Source: Camelus ferus
Lineage: Eukaryota
Length of the DNA stretch: 64,000 bases
Assembly (NCBI RefSeq): GCF_009834535.1
Contig: NC_045696.1
Span: forward strand, 10,418,001-10,482,000
Reading direction: 5' to 3'
Shown piece by piece: positions 40,312 through 52,276 of this stretch. The translations under genes and the position numbers were made by a program. Each line of letters opens with the position of its first letter. Position 1 is the stretch's first letter. The notes under the pieces were generated by a model. That model was not told the DNA's origin and did not search any database. It saw nothing but the letters and a program-made list of their open reading frames with translations.

Positions 40312-40468
40312 AGGGGGAGGGTATAGCTTAGTGGTAGGGTGCATGCCTGGCATGCATAAAGTCCTGGGGTTCAATCCCCAGTACCTTACTTAAAAAACAA
40401 AACCTAAGTACCTCCCCCCCAAGAAAATAAGACACAAGTAAACAAATTATAAATTAAAAATAAAAAAA
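40312..40468 (+). mobile_element. tRNA-derived SINE
   Basis: GGGGGAGGGTATAGCTTAGTGGTAG head; TSD AAGAACTAAATTGT. Confidence 0.88.
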
Positions 40469-40957
40469 AAGAACTAAATTGTTGACCTTTAGAAAAAGTC
40501 TAGTGTTAGCCCCCAGAGCTTTGAGGCCAGATTCCCAGGGTTTGATTTCCCCCTAAACCAGTGGCTAGCTGTATGGCCTCAGTCTGCCTAACCTGCAAAG
40601 TGAGGATAATGGTGCCCAGCTTTGTTCTGAAAACTAAATGAGTTCATACCTTTAAAACATTTAGAATAGTGTGTGGCACCACGGTTAAGAAGGCAATAAA
40701 TGCCAGTTGTGTATAAAGTTTATTTCAGTTCTCCTCTAATCTAGGTTAAAATTATGATCTTAATGAACACCCTCCTGGAGTGTTAATTTTACATGAAAAT
40801 TCTGGGGAAATTCTTTTTATCCAAAAGCAAACATAGGTTTAATGCAAAATTTTCATGAACAAAAGACTCCAAAGAAATTACCAGGGGTTACACCAGGATC
40901 CTAGTACCCATATACTATACTATATACCATGTTTGTGGAAGAGTATGAGAAAACATT

Positions 40958-41410
40958 TGTGAAACAGGATAAAGGAAACGTCATTTAAAATGAAGACAGG
41001 AGGGTGTCTCCGTCGCGCAATGGATAGCGTATTGGACTCCTAAAATGAAGACAGCAGGCCAGAGGCCAGAGCCTTCACGCACTTCCACTCACCATCAATT
41101 ACAGGAAGCGCCAGCAGCTCAACAAGAAGCCTCAGTAATCCTCAATTACAGATCCGACACGAAGGATTCTATTCCAGCAACAAGCCCGGCGGACGGGAAA
41201 GGCCGGCCATCTCAACTCTTGATGTCTTTCAAAACCATCCCACCCAACTTCCTTCCTCCTTTTTCTCTATAAAGTAATGTTCTTTTTCTTCTTGTACTTG
41301 CCTATAGCTTTCTTGCCCTAAATTGCAATTCCTCTGCTACTCTGGAAGAAACCCACTATGCTGGTAAAATAACTAACTGGCTGTTTTATTTATTTATTTT
41401 TTTTTACAAG
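40958..41410 (+). mobile_element. Old LTR remnant in intron 1
   Basis: TGTGA start, CTATAAA box and LTR-like composition; interrupted by the tRNA-half insertion. Confidence 0.45.
41000..41041 (+). pseudogene. Tailless retropseudogene of tRNA-Arg(UCU) 5' half
   Basis: GTCTCCGTCGCGCAATGGATAGCGTATTGGACTCCT resembles GGCTCCGTGGCGCAATGGATAGCGCATTGGACTTCTA; flanked by direct repeat (T)AAAATGAAGACAG. Confidence 0.8.
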
Positions 41411-41849
41411 ATATTATGTACCCCAGAAAACCAGGGTATGCTTTTCTAAACAAATAGTAAAGTATTTAAGCCCACTAAGTGGCCTTACCAACCCCTGGAT
41501 TCCTGCTCATTGCATGGCCCTGTTTGTCTCTGGGTACCCCTTCTCACTGCAAAGTCAACCTTATAATAGTTGCCATTCCCCACGCACCTCTGCCAAGTTA
41601 GGAAAGCCAGCAAACTAGACTGGTGGCTCCCAGCCTCTGTATTTTGGCTGCGTATTTTTCTTTTATTACCACTTTTTATTAGACTGCACGACTCCTGAGG
41701 GCAGAGAAATCCTTGCAAACCTTATCCCGCTCCCAAGCGGGACGGAGTAACTGTCTACTAAATTGAGGAACAACAGCATAGCTTGTTTATTATCAAACAG
41801 TCCAGGCGAGCTGTCGGATTTATCGGAAACAAACTCGACACTTAAGGGT

Positions 41850-42990
41850 CTCGCACACCCAGAACCCGCGGAGGTGGGAGCCCCGGGAACAGTCACAGGG
41901 CAGGAGGGATAGCGAGGAGGGCGCCCCCAAGCAAGAGGCGTGGAAAGATCTTGAACATCACTTTCTCCCGTTTGATTTTCGAGCCCAAGTCGGTTTCAAT
42001 GTGAGCGCTGTGACCACGGACAACCAGAGAGGAAGTCTGTCCCTCCCACCCGCTTCCAGATGCCCAGGTTTCCCAAGCTGCCGCCGTTCAGCCTCGCGCC
42101 TCGCCCCCGATCCTGCGCGCGGACCCCTATCTCTGACCTGCAGCTTCGGGCAACACCCATGGCGCTCCAGCGACCAGCATCAGGGTCGCCACGCCCAGGA
42201 GCGCGAGCATAGTCCGCGGGCCGCCGTCGACCCCTCCAGTTACATCTTCGGCTGCCTCAGGTAGCGCAGCGCGGCGCTAGGGAAGCTTTGGCGCACAAAC
42301 CACTCTGGACCCCGCGCTCCACGCTCCACCGGCCCCCTCCGCGTCGCCCTGCCCCGCCCCTCGGCGCTCGTCACCCGACCCCCGCGCACGCGCCGTCCCT
42401 TCCGTGCGCGCCCCACCCCTCCTCAGTCGCCCCGCCCCCTGCCTTCGTCCCCTCCCCCTGCTCCCGTGCACGCGAGTGGGACAGCGGTGTGCCGCCCAGC
42501 CGCCGCCTCCCTTCGCCTCTTTTCGGTCAGGGACTGCCCAGTAGCCTTCCGTCCTCTCGTTCCGGGAAGACCACGCCTAGCCCGAGGCCTTGACCCTTGG
42601 AGGCACGCGGAGCTTTGCCAGTGCTCATGCGCAGCCCTTGCGGTCTGTAGTTCCCCGCACTCCTTCCGGGTAGTTGCAGCCTGAGGCACTGCCGGGCCCT
42701 CGGGGCTCTCGCCTTCCCCCGCCCGGCTCGCGGACACGGGAGCCTGGAAAAGCGGCGTTGGGGCGGCTTGGGGATTAAGGGAGGAAAGAATGAGGAAGCT
42801 CCCGGGAGAGCCAGGCCGTTTCCTTTATGCAGAGCGCGATGAACGTGGGGTAGGCTCGAGTCAAACCGGGACACATGGAGCGTTCGTTTTCGGGGCAACT
42901 TGGCCCGGGGCGTATGGGCCCCTTGGAGGGGGTCGTGAGTTTCTGGGTTGGAGGTGGTCTCCAGAACAGCGTTCTGTAACCTCTTTTGAG
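41850..42990. promoter_or_regulatory. CpG-island promoter of IFNAR1 with GC boxes
   Basis: High GC and CpG density over exon 1; GCCCCGCCCC at 42351-42360 and 42429-42438; TTCCGGGAA at 42560-42568. Confidence 0.9.
42138..42210 (-). CDS. IFNAR1: IFNAR1 exon 1 (signal peptide)
   Basis: MLALLGVATLMLVAGAPWVLPEAA, donor CAG|GTCAGA, within CpG island. Confidence 0.95.
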
Positions 42991-44015
42991 CGTCCGTTGT
43001 TACCAGTAAACAATTTGAGTCCACCATTCAAATGGTTATTTAAATATCTTTTAAAAATTGTTTTAGTTTATTTTTTACTGCAATGAATTTTTTTTAAATT
43101 GAAGTACAGTCAATTACAATGTGTCAATCTCTGATGTACTGCACAGTGTCCCAGTCATGCATATACATAAGTATATTCATTTTCATACTTTAAGTATATT
43201 AGTAATAGATTATGTACATTATGAAAACACACAAAAGGGAAAAGATAATGAAAGATGAAATAAGCAGTCAAACGCTTACTGTTAATTATAACAACTAAAC
43301 TAATTATCAATTATAAGGTATAATGAGTATTTGTAAAGACCGATGTACTTCAATGTTGCCTTATAAACAACTTTGAGGACTAATTTATATACCATGAAAT
43401 TCACCCATTTTAAGTGAACGATGATTTTTAGTAAATCTGTCCAGTTTTTAGGCCTCATTTTTAAAAACTTAAGATTATTACTTAGTGATTCATAAAATTT
43501 TAGGTTTGATTCTGAGTATGTCAGTGCTTTAACGACATCATCAATGGAAAAATAACCCCAGGAGAATGTGGATCCAAATGGAAGAAGGAAGCTCTTGGTT
43601 GCATGTGCTGAATCATACATAAAAAGCCTTTCCAACAACTCTTTGACTTACGGTTTTCATTGTAATTTTTATTTCCTACTGTCCAAAAGTTGTCTTCCAA
43701 ACTAGTTGGAATATGTTATATTTTTATATTTAGAACAGTGGGCCCAAAACATTTCATGGACTGAAATATTTCATTCAGAATATGTCTTAAGTATTTTTTC
43801 CCCCACTTTCTTAGGTGGGCAACTAGAGGCTTTTTAGATGCATATAGCATTTTTGGCAACAAAAATCAAATTCAAATGGAAATACTTCCAAATATACAAT
43901 TCCAAAAGAATTGTATATAGTTTATACCTGTATAGTGTCTTTTGATTTTCATTTGCTCACAATAAAAGCAATTTTGAGAGATATAATGCTTTGTTTTGTT
44001 TTTCAACATTGTTAC

Positions 44016-44482
44016 TGTCAACTGAAATAAAATCACACAATGTGAGAGTTGTGGGTTAAGTTTTATTGGGGGCAAAATGATGACTATAGCCCGGGAAAGA
44101 GCAACCCAGAAAGCTCTGAGAAACTGTACCAAGGAGGCAGGGGGAAAGCTCAGTATTATATGTGATTTCAGTGAAGGGGGGGACGTGCAGCCAAGCACAT
44201 GTTCAGGCAGAGGCTGCTGCTAGTCATGAGGAGCAGTCATCACCGTTAATGATTCTAGTGCTTTTCTAGATATGAGGAGACACGAGAACTGGGATCATAA
44301 AATCTTCCCCTGAAAATACCTAACTATCTGAAGGCCTGTTCAGCCAGTCTTCCCAGAGCACAGAGCGCCTCATTCCTGACTTCCATCCTGAACTCCTTTC
44401 AGGGTGTGTTGGTCAGTGGTTGCAACGGCTCATGATTTAATCTAAGCAGAGTTAGATGGCAAGTGCCAATTTTTAATTAGCA
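44016..44482 (-). mobile_element. Solo ERV1-type LTR, older relative of family B
   Basis: TG...CA termini, near-TSD TTAC/CTAC, AATAAA on minus strand near its 3' end. Confidence 0.75.
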
Positions 44483-44993
44483 CTACATCACTTGCTAATG
44501 TTATCCACTTATTAAAGAGAAGGTCAGTAAGCATCTTTTGAGAAAATACACAATTCGTTTTTAAGTTGACAGTATTTGCATGGCACAGAAGACTTTCATG
44601 GCCTTTCCCATCTTAATACAATAATTGTAAAGATTAGATTGTATTTTAATAAAATTGAATTGAATTTTAAAAATTTAATTGTGACGCCCTGTAGCACTTT
44701 ATGCACTTCACTTTCAACCTACATGCTGTAATAGTGTGTATATGGATGATGCATGAATTACTTTCCTGTGTGGTGCTAGCTCTGTCCCTTAACCCAGAAT
44801 CCCCTTCCATTCAAGTTACAATGATCCAGAGGTTACACTTGCAGTTTTTCCCTAAAGCATATTTTTTTTAAACTTTTTATTTCAAAATAATTTCAAACTT
44901 ACAGAAAAGTTGCAAAAATGTTAAGAGAACCCTTGCATACTCTTTGCCCAGATTCACCAAATTAATAATATTTTGCCATATTTTTATCTCTGT

Positions 44994-44995
<2 letters not shown>

Positions 44996-45044
<49 letters not shown>
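44996..45044. repeat. (AC)n microsatellite
   Basis: Direct reading. Confidence 0.95.
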
Positions 45045-45048
<4 letters not shown>

Positions 45049-47099
45049 AACTTCTTTTTCCCCGAACTGCTTTAGCTGTCTTTAATCTGGAGCAGTTTTG
45101 TGGCCTTGGTCTTTCACAACACCAACTTTTTTTTTTAATAGGCCAATTATTTTATAGAATGCTTCTCAATTTGGGCTTGCCTGATGTTTCCTCATGATTA
45201 GAATCAGATTATGCATTCCTGTCTGGAATACTGCATAAATTGTGTGTGTTCTCTGCTATCCCATCTGAAGGCAAACAATGTTCCTCTGTCCCTCATTGGT
45301 GATGCTAGTTTTGAATGGATGGTCAAGATGTTATTCAATGTCTCCACTCAGTTGTTCCTATTTTCCCCTTGCAACTAATCTGTGGAGAGATCCTGCAAAT
45401 ACCCAGCTCTTCATCAGACTTTTACATCTAGAATTAGCATCCATTGATCCCTGCCTGAACCAGTCTCCTATGATAGTATGAACCCTGCCTCTCCAAATGC
45501 AAATATTGGTCAGTATTGGTCCACATATTGTAGGAGAGAGCTTTCTCTTCTTTCTGTTTATTATCAGTATGGATTAATAGCTTTCTTAATTTATTCAATT
45601 ATTTATAGTTCATTAATAGCTTTATTTATTAAAAAATGTATTAATAGACTTCACTTTTTAGAGCAGTTTTAGATTTATAGAAAAAATTGGGCAGAAAGTA
45701 TAGACAGTAGTTCCCAGTTATCTATCCCCTTTCGTCTCCCCATCAAGTTCCCCTATTGTTAATATCTTGCAATGGTATGGTATACTTGTTACAATGAATG
45801 ACTTTCTGTTGATAAACATTATGATTAACTGAAGTCCATAGTTTACATTAGGGATCTCTCTTTGTGTTGTGTAATTCTATAGGATTTGCCAAATAGATAA
45901 TGTTGTTTTTCTACCACTATTCAGCATCATGCAGAATAGTTTCACTGCTCTTAAAAATCCCCTATACTCCACCTGTACACCTTCTTTATTTTATTGAATG
46001 ATTGATTGATTGAAGTATAGTCAGTTTACAATGTTGTGTCAATGTCTTGTGTAAGGCATAATGTTTCAGTCATACATAAGCATACATATATGTTTTCATA
46101 TTCTTTTTCCTTATAGGTTACTAGAAGATACACCGTCTTTTATTTTAATGCTCAAATTGTCCCAGTTTTGGCCAGTGGGAGCCATTTCAAGCTGGGGCAT
46201 GTTCCTTTGGATATATCCTGTCTTTTTTTTTTTTTTTTTTTAACCTTTAAGCACTTCTTTATCTTCAGGCATAAGATGTCCTAGGCTCATTTTATACTTT
46301 TCCTGCCCAGCCCTGAAATTAGCCATTTCTCCAACAGGACCAGGTTTCTTCCAGTGGGGAATAGTGCTTAAAAGCCAAAACTGGGACACTAAAACTTTCT
46401 GTTTTAATTAAAGAAGTAAATTGATGTTGCACATATATCTTGTCTCTTCCTTGGTGGTTAACAAAGAAAAGTAGTTCCTCCTGTATTTCACTTTTGAAGA
46501 GGGCTTGGTAGAAACAGCCATGTCTCTGGCATGTTGCTGTGTAGATGCAGGGCAAACTTCCCACCCTGTGAAATTGAACTCTTGTTTCTTCAAAGCTTCA
46601 GCTGTATTTTCTCCATCCTTGGACAGCGGAATATGCTTTATCATCATAAAGAGGCAAAAAGAAGTGTTTCCTCATGACATGTTTTTGTGTGTGTGTGTGT
46701 GTGTGTGTGATTGTTTTCATTAAGTAAGAACATCAAAAACAGCTTCTAAACATTGTCATCAAGTGTAGGAACATTTTAGAAAGAGCTGGAGTGGATAATT
46801 ATCATGTGACTTAAACACTCTTGCGAAGGTTTGCTTTCACAGTTTCCCCAGTGTGATGGCCTCCTACTGTCATTAGTCTCCCAAGGCTCAATATAATTTA
46901 GGAGGAGATGAATATTTAATGACAATGAGTGTAAAATCATTTCACAGCCTTTGTGATGATTTTCTTTCATCACTTTCTGACTTCTTGAAGGTTCTGATCA
47001 GATTGTCATTGTTTTTACATCATAACGTGGTGCCAAAAAAAAAAGTTCATACTAGCAATAGGCCAAGAGTCAATTCTGTTGTTATTCACTTGTGTTAAC

Positions 47100-47325
47100 A
47101 GTATTAAATTGTAAATACTGACAGGCATATGTAGAATAGATAAACAAGATGATACTGTATAACAGGGAAATATATACAAGATCTTGTGGTAGCTCACAGC
47201 GAAAAAAAATGTGACAATGAATATATGTATGTTCATGTATAACTGAAAAAAATTGTGCTCTACACTGGAATTTGACACAACATTGTAAAATGACTATAAC
47301 TCAATAAAAAAATGTTAAAAAAAAA
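47100..47325 (+). mobile_element. L1 3'UTR fragment
   Basis: ...ACAACATTGTAAAATGACTATAACTCAATAAAAA tail. Confidence 0.75.
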
Positions 47326-49664
47326 GAATTCAGTTAAGGACTAGAGAGCAGACAAATTTGGTTTTCTTGTAGCCACATTATAAAAGTAAATATAAATAGG
47401 TGAAATAAATGTTATTTAACTCAATGCAACCAAAAATATTATTATTTCAACATGTAATCAGTATAAAAATTATTAATGAAATACAAAATAGTATTAAAGA
47501 CAATAGTCTCTTTTAAATCTCAGTTTATTTACAAGAACCTTGTCAAATCCATTTTCTGAGCATTTGGTTAAAAACAGCAAACATAATTACTGAACACACT
47601 TCATTGGGCCAAATAAAGAGCTAGACATAGTCACATTTTCCAAAAGTGACCAAGTAGCAGCCCCACTGCACATTTCCACCTTGTGGAACGCCACTCTGTT
47701 CTCACGTGTGTCACGCAGCACTGAATGTGACGTGACCCTCTGACACTGGCAGTAAGTGAAGGTGCTGGTGTTAGATCACATATCAAATATTAGTAAAGCT
47801 TAGTTTATTTATCTAACAATGCAAGTAGAATTTTATTGACCCTTGAAATCTCTAGTTTAAGGTCGCCTGTGGGAACTGTCCCCAGTTGCCTTGAGAGTGA
47901 TGTTCTGGGTCTGTTCTGGTGTGGCTGGCATGGATCCCGGCGAGCTGACAGCACTTGCTTTCTTCTAAAGCCCTTTCTGTAAACCCGGCCTCCTGCTCAG
48001 TAGGGATGGCGGGTGTGGCAGCTGGTGGAGGCCAAGCCCCTTTTACCTGTTGCTGATACACTTCAAGCACACTAGTTAACGTGTGCATATAGAAGCCAGA
48101 GCATCACATTGTTTATTGAAGTTCCCATAATATCCACTTAATCCAGAAATGGAAAATTCAGGGATACCCAAAGGCACTGGGTGTCCAAGAACTATTTCAA
48201 AAGGGGTCAATCCATGTCTCCTATTTGGCATATTCTGGATCTTTATAGGGGTCAAGGGGCAAAGCTTCTGGCCATTTAAGTCCAGTTCTTGACAGATCTT
48301 TCCTAAAGTTCTTTTTATGTCTGGATTTTTTATGTTCCACTTGCCTTGATGATTAAGGATGAAATTTTGAGGAGTACCTCATAGTTTTTGCAAACGTGTG
48401 GTTTATCCCTGCTGTAAAGTGAATTCCTTGGTATTCAGTTCATAAAGGAATGCCAAAACAAGGAATAATCTTGGTTATTAATTTCTTTGTCACTGCTGTG
48501 GTATTGGCACACCTGGTCAGATAGCATTCAGTCCATCCTCTAAAGGTACAGACAATAACAAAGAGGGAGAGTAGCCTAAAGCTGGAGGCAAATCTATACA
48601 GGCCACTTGCTCTGCCATGAAGGGCAGTGAAAGTCTGGGAGGACTTCCTGGGGTGTATACTGATTTCTTCCGGAAGTTTGGTGAGATTTACAAGTAGTGC
48701 ACTGGGAAGTAATTTGGCCAGAAATTTTGTGAATGGTAGGATGAAACCAGTTTGTTTAGTTCCTTAACTATTCCCGCATCAACACATATATCCTGTTTGA
48801 CGGGAGGTAAGTGCAAGCCAGAAAGTGGAAAGAAAAGGATCTCCAGGAAGTCCATTTGGCCCATCTGATAACTGGCGCCATTTTGTATCCATTTGTCTTT
48901 TTCGGATTGTGGGGCTTTGGCCTGATAGTTACTAGTATCAGTCAGGGATGAAGGCACGTTTAAAAATTAGGTGGAGAAAGGGTAAGAGGTCTTGTTTTGC
49001 TCTGTCAACCCTATCATTCCCTAAAGATAGAGCATCTATTTCTTAGTATGGGCTGAGCAGTGAACAATAGCAATTTTAGAAGGGAGGTGGAGAACTTGTA
49101 ATAGGGCAACAATTACATGCCCATTCACAACAGGAGTACCTGCAGAGGTTAAGAATCCATGAGGTTTTCAGATTGAGCCAACAGCATGGCAGACTCCAAA
49201 AGAATATTTGGAATCTGTGTAAATCGTGGCAGCTTTCCCTTCTGCTAATGTGCACACTCTCGTAAGAGTTATGAGTTCAACAGCTTGGGCTGGTTGTATG
49301 GTGGGCAAAGATTATGCTTCAAGCATTTCAGGTGGGGAAACTATGGCATAGCCAGTTATTATTGGAAATTTTGAGAGCCATCACAAAATAAAAGTAAGTC
49401 AGGGATGTCCAAGAGATCTTCTTGTGGCTTTGAGACCATTTCTATAGTTTCAAGGCAATCATGTGGATGGAGTGGGGCTCTCCACCGTCAGGAGCAGGTG
49501 TAAAGTAGCTGGTTTTAGCGTATGACCGTGATGGAAGATGATGGAAGGGTTAGTGTTAAAAGCCCGCTCAGAGGTAGGTGGTTTGTTGCCCATGTAGGGA
49601 GATGCTGTATCCCGTGACCTGGTAAGACAGCAGACACAGCATGGGGAACATCAAGATGAATGCA

Positions 49665-49790
49665 GGGGAGAAGGTATAGCTCAAGTGGTAGAGCACTGCT
49701 TGGCACGCATGAGGTCCTAGGTTCAATCCCTGGTATTGCCTCTAAAAATAAATAAACAGACCGAATTACCTTCCACCATGGGAAAAAAAA
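49665..49790 (+). mobile_element. tRNA-derived SINE inserted in ERV pol
   Basis: GGGGAGAAGGTATAGCTCAAGTGGTAGAG head; TSD ATGAATGC. Confidence 0.85.
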
Positions 49791-50312
49791 ATGAATGCGG
49801 GAGCCTTTTACAGGAGTACTGGCTTTGTCAGTCAAGGTGGCAGCTGTGGCCACCACAAGTAAGCATGGGGCCATTGTACATAATGCCACAGGGTCTAATT
49901 GGCACGAGAAAATATGCTATCGGATGCATGTGAGAGGCAAAAGTCTGTCCTGTGATGCCTGCAGGAATCCCGTTATCTTCTTCGCAGTATGGATGAAAAG
50001 CTTTGTCAAAACCAGGGCTGGAGGTGTGGACAAGGCCAGTTTTAAGGCTTCAGAGGAAGCTAATGTCTTCATGGCTTCAGAGGAGTGGATACAGAGGTTT
50101 AGCAAGGACTGCAAAATTAGCAATTTATTGGTGGCCCTGGCCAGCTGCCCCTAAAAATGTACATAAGTGTTTTATCATTCTAGGGACGGGTATAGATATA
50201 ATTGCCTTGAGGCGTTTTGTGGGTGAATGTCCTAAGTAATCTCATGTCCTACATAGCTAACAGTTGTTTGCACCCATTGAAGTTTAGATCTGGGGGCTTT
50301 AGGGCCTTGTTC

Positions 50313-50739
50313 TGTGCAGGAAAAGCCGGGGTGGGCCTAACTCGTAAGTCTAAGTGTAACAAGTGTCAGATTACTGATCTGAGTTCTGCTGGGCTAACTC
50401 GTAAATCTAAGTTAATAAGTGTCAGTTTGCTGATTCCCTGCTCATGTTTTTTTTTTGCTAGTCAGCTGGATTTTCAGAGAGACCTATCTGGCTTTGGAAT
50501 ATCAGCTTGCTGCCTCCCTGCCTCTGCTTTTGTGATAATGATGCTGCTAAAGCTGTTCCCTGCCTATTGGCCGAATACCCCAAGCTTGTAATTAACCCTA
50601 TAAAACCTCATGCACACGTCTTGGAGGTGCTCAGAGCTTCAGAGCAGAAGCCCCTCTGAGCCCGCCGGCGTAATACATCTGAGTACTCCAACCCTCCGAG
50701 GGGTGCTTGTTTCTTGGCTGGCCTGTCGTTTCCATAACA
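50313..50739 (+). mobile_element. Solo LTR (family A) inserted in ERV pol
   Basis: TG...CA termini, 4-bp TSD GTTC (50309-50312 / 50740-50743), TATAAAA at ~50599. Confidence 0.88.
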
Positions 50740-51681
50740 GTTCAGCTGGTGCCTTTAGGAGAATGAGGGAGCCTGGACATTGTCTTAGCTTAGTTTGATT
50801 ATAAAGTAAAGGGTTGTCAGCATACTGAACAAATCCGTCAGCTTTAAGGACCTGGGAGACTATTGAGGGAGACTCACGATATCCCTGAGGTATGAGCCTG
50901 TGCTAATTATCTCCTTTTAAATATAAGTGCAAAAAGAAGTTGTAAGTCAGGGTACAGATGGGATTGAAAAGAAAGCCTCGCAGAGGACAATCACCGTAAA
51001 CCAGGCTGAATCAGCAGGAACTGAGGTAAGAATGATAGCCAAATTAGGGACTCCAGGGTCCTGAGGAATTACAGAAGAGTTTCTAACCCTTAGATCTTGT
51101 ACAAATCAATAGATTTGGTTCTAAGTCAAAATTTCCTTTCTTTACTGGCAAGATTGGAGTACACAGGGTGAGGAAATAAAGCCGAGTACACCCAGCTGCA
51201 AGAGAGAGTCCATTATAGGGTTAATTCCGCGCCCTGTTTTCCGGGAGGGAGGGTATGACTGATCAGACTGGCTTCTTTTTCTCCCAGGCCTTGCACACAG
51301 CCTTAATCCCACTGCATTCCCGGCTGTGGCCCAGAGACTAATTGAGATTGTTTTTTAAAGACTCATCTTTTCCAGAAGACTTTAAATCAGGATGAGTTTC
51401 TTCTAATAAGAAAAGGAGGAAATTTGGGGCTTGATCTGAGGCCAGGGAAATAAAAACACCCTTCTTATTACATTGTATAGCAGCATTAAATTTCTATAGC
51501 AAATCTCTACTCCAAAGGTTAGCTAGGGAGGAGTTTGAAAATAGAAGCATGATGGATGTTAAGAGGCCCTAAAGATACTGGGGTGGGCTGAGGGATGGAC
51601 AGTGAGGTTAGCTGCCTGAGTAGACTCAGAGGTGGCAAGGTAGTGACACATCCTCTGAGCGGGTGATGGAGAATGTTACAC

Positions 51682-52118
51682 TTTACGGAAACGACAGGCC
51701 AGCCAAGAAACAAGCACCCCTGGGAGACTTGGAGTACTCAGATGTATTATGCTGGCGGGCTCAGAGGGGCTTCTGCTCTGAAGCTCTGAGCACCTCCAAG
51801 ACGTGTGCATGAGGTTTTACAGGGTTAATTACAAGCTTGGGGTATTCGGCCATTAGGCAGGGAACAGCTTTAGCAGCATCATTATCATAAAAGTAGAGGC
51901 AGGGAGGCAGCAAACCAACATTTCAAGGCCAGATATGTCTCTTTGAAAATCCAGCTGGCTAGCAAAAAAAAACCATGAACAGGAAATCAGCAAACCAACA
52001 CTAATTAACTCAGATTTACGACTTAGCCCAGCAGAACTTAGATCAGTAATCCGACACTTGTTACACTTAGATTTGTGAGTTAGTTAGCTTGTTAGCCCAG
52101 CCCGGCTTTTCCTTCACA
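51682..52118 (-). mobile_element. Solo LTR (family A), inverted copy, inserted in ERV protease
   Basis: Reverse complement closely matches 50313-50739; 4-bp TSD ACAC (51678-51681 / 52119-52122). Confidence 0.88.
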
Positions 52119-52276
52119 ACACCAGTGTCAGTTAAGAAATCCAGTTCCCGACCTTATATTTTAAGTTTAATGGTAGGCTCTAGGGTTGGACAGAGGATTC
52201 ATTGACCCTGTGATCTGAGGGGGAATTTTCCCTCGGGAGGGGAAAAATAAACCTGTGGGTGCTGGGGCCCAGGGAG

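Larger units (their letters stand above)
21442..42210 (-). other. IFNAR1: IFNAR1 gene, coding span (11 exons); frameshifted in exon 4 as written
   Basis: Manually spliced exons 73+124+182+159+142+124+200+158+151+146+240 = 1699 nt (1698 nt = 565 aa + stop if one base is removed from exon 4). Signal peptide, four FNIII subdomains, TM helix, YVFFP and DSGNYS motifs present. Confidence 0.98.

Noticed and set aside
40312..40390. tRNA-like sequences (also at ~15.8, 20.3, 28.1, 49.7 and 62.3 kb)
   Set aside because: They have A-rich tails and, in most cases, TSDs; they are SINE heads, not tRNA genes.
42001..43086. Several overlapping ORFs around the promoter
   Set aside because: By-product of stop-poor GC-rich CpG island sequence; only the 73-nt exon 1 is supported.
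47850..52200. Intact or domesticated retroviral pol
   Set aside because: Multiple stops and frameshifts, degenerate catalytic motif (YADN in place of YVDD) and nested insertions.
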